From Dimorphilus gyrociliatus (lineage: Eukaryota > Animalia > Annelida): a DNA stretch of 64,000 bases. The notes beneath the pieces are model-generated. The model was given only the letters and a program-made list of their open reading frames with translations, was not told where the DNA came from and searched no databases. Shown here piece by piece: positions 61,642 through 64,000 of this stretch; the first letter of the stretch is position 1; each line of letters begins with the position of its first letter. The position numbers and the translations under genes are program-made. Where the stretch lies: contig CAJFCJ010000042.1 of the NCBI GenBank assembly GCA_904063045.1, forward strand, positions 62,001 to 126,000, written 5' to 3'.

Positions 61642-63213
61642 ATGAAACTATTTTATTTCAAAACTTTGATTAGGCTATTTCCATGTTTGTTAGTTTGTTT
61701 TGTTATTAGTATAATGCTAAAAGAGGTGAGTTTGCATATTATAGAAAACAGTTATAGTATTTTAAATGATATTTTCAAATTGAACAGAATCAAATATGGA
61801 CATTTGAAAGAAATGAATTCGAAAATGATAATCTGCAAAGTATGGTTGAAAAATATGCAATAGATAACACAATACTTTTAGCAATAACTGATAAGGGATA
61901 CTTGGAATTAGCATTAAACTTTTACAAGTTTTCAATTGAGAAACATTCCATTAAAAATTTTCTATTTGTTTGTATTCAAAAAGTAACTCACCAGAGGTTG
62001 AATAAGCTCAAGATACCAAATGTTCTATACATGAATGATAACAGGGGAAATGAAGAAAGTCTTTATGGAAGCTCAGATTACAAATGGAAAACTCATGTTA
62101 AAACCAAAGTAATTCTTGATGTGTTAAGAATGGGTTATCAGGTTGTTATTACAGATGTTGATATTGCCTTTTTAAAAAATCCATTAAAAGAGTTTCAATG
62201 CCCACAGTGTGATATAGAAGTTTGTTGAACATTTTCCATAAATTAAATATTTTATGTTAATAATTTTATATTTAAAGGCGACAATGGATGGACATAATAT
62301 ATACAATAGTGGCTTTTACTTGAGTAGACCTACACAAGCATCTATATCACTCCACAAGAAAATGTTGAGTGGGCCAAGAAGAAATTCATCAAATCAAATT
62401 TTAATGAATAACATAGCAAGATCAATGACACAAGCCAGTGAAATAAAGATAATGGAATTAACTGTAGATAAATGGCCTTATGGTTTATTATATTTTAATA
62501 GACATCCTTGGTTTAGTGAAAAGAATAAGTGTAACAAATGCATCATTATTCACAATAATAGGATAACAAGTAGTCAAGCTAAAATTTATCGTTTTAAAGA
62601 GCACCTCATGTGGTATGTGGATGAAAATGGTTATTTCTCTGACAAGAATGTTAAATATTTGTATTATGAAAATAAATTGCCAATCAACTCTAACAAGGTG
62701 AATTCTTCTATGAGACAAAGCAATATCTTGGAATTGCAAAATGCATTAATTATTGCCAAGATACTGAATAGGAAGCTGGTATTACCAAGATTTAACTGCA
62801 CAAAGAGTCAATGCTTTGATTCCCTTCTTTCATTTTGTTCTATTTCACAATTTGCAAAACAGTTCAACAATACATTTAGAGAAAGTTCATTTTTACAGAA
62901 TCCTCTTGTACCTAGAAACATTCTTCAATCAAAGTCGCCATTTTTCTTTATAGAAAATGCCATTAAAAATAATACAAAAACTATTTTAATGGAATATCCT
63001 GATGTGAAAATTATTCAACCTTTGAATATTGAAAATGGTATAAGTGAAAAAGAAATTCTACATCACTTTAATACTAAACTGCTAAGGAAAAAATCTGTCT
63101 TACAGTTTTTAGGAATGAAATTTCCATCTACTTCTTTATTATACTCAAAAATTGGAAAACAAATCAATCTGAAATTAAAATTTTCTTGCTATAGTAGTTT
63201 TCTTTATAAATGA
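61642..63213 (+). CDS. Nucleotide-diphospho-sugar transferase (GT77/Nucleotid_trans-like), type II membrane protein, 483 aa
   Basis: Exons 61642-61725, 61788-62219 and 62278-63213 are in frame (1452 nt). N-terminal TM anchor, GYQVVITDVDIAFLKNP (DxD), YNSGFY and ELQNALIIAKILNRKLVLPRF. Confidence 0.85.
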
Positions 63214-63374
63214 GATGTTTTTGAATAAATTTGATTTGTCAGTAGAAAAGATGAATCTGTCTAGCTATGCTTCTCTTTTTATAAAAAGATCTTTGAGTAC
63301 TTTCAAGCTAGGTACTGTGTCAGGTCTACTTCAATATAGGTAGGTAGTATTGAATAGTGGAGTGTACTGGTAAC

Positions 63375-63776
63375 ACACTTCCTTCACACTATAGAACTTT
63401 CAAGGCCTAACCCTAAACTAATATCTATATATACAGTTGAAGTCTGCCCCAATTCTGAAATAGGATCAAGGCATTTATGCTTCAGTTAATAACTATTCAA
63501 ACTTGACACAAATTTCATTGTTAGGGACATTGTATTCCATAAACAAAACTCAATATTGTCAGAGGTTGAAGGTTAAGCTTTTGAAAATGGCAGTTAAATA
63601 ATATGCTATTTTTCTTCAACTGGTTTGGTGTTAGCTAAAAATAAATTGGATTTGAAAGGTTTTCTGTGGTGTCAGTAGTGTGGTTAATTGGTAAATGATT
63701 GGAACACTTCCTTCACACTATAGAACTTTCAAGGCCTAACCCAAAAATAATATCTATATATACAGTTGAAGTCTGC
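63375..63776 (+). repeat. 73-bp direct duplication
   Basis: ACACTTCCTTCACACTATAGAAC...AGTTGAAGTCTGC occurs at 63375-63447 and 63704-63776. Confidence 0.8.
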
Positions 63777-63834
63777 TTCAGTAGGAATATCTGGTTTTTT
63801 CACAACAGTATTTGTCCTTTTCAATCATTTCTCC

Positions 63835-63975
63835 TTTAATGATATTACATAATTCAGAGAAAACTGGTAAAAATATTACTATTATATTTTAAAATTAAAA
63901 CAAACAGTATAGGAAATATTACCAATAGTTAAGGCTACAACACTTTATTTACCCCAGGACATTTTTTCCTGACCC
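63835..63975 (-). mobile_element. Isolated MULE 5' terminus
   Basis: Terminus GGGTCAGGAAAAAATGTCC, plus ATTACATAATTCAGAGAAAACTGGTAAAAA shared with the MULE-A 5' region. Confidence 0.6.
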
Positions 63976-64000
63976 ATGGAGCAGTACTTACTTACAACCC

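Overview
This is very AT-rich eukaryotic DNA with short (about 50-60 nt) GT-AG introns. The gene content (LDLa-LRR-GPCR of GRL101 type, F-type lectin, PAN, C1q, chitin-binding domains) suggests a lophotrochozoan animal, possibly a compact-genome annelid (inference only). The window is a nested-transposon hotspot. At least 12 Mutator-superfamily (Phantom/Rehavkus-like) elements or relics are present. The longer ones encode intron-containing PHD-FLYWCH-DDE transposases and each family has its own subterminal repeat array. Four have perfect or near-perfect 9-bp TSDs and a fifth has a probable one. Two MULEs sit 120 bp apart inside one D34D mariner, and one MULE sits in another with no TSD. Two solo-LTR families (TGTAC...GTACA) and Gypsy gag/protease relics are also present. 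Most host genes are deleted or frameshifted relics (sacsin-like, LRR-COR-TIR, GPCRs, Caspr-like, PAN, F-type lectin, furin-like Cys-rich). Three look intact or nearly so: a CBM14-TSP1-C1q protein, an unrecognised 760-aa secreted helical protein and a GT77-like glycosyltransferase. No CRISPR, rRNA or tRNA gene was supported. All domain calls come from motif recognition by eye, not from database searches.
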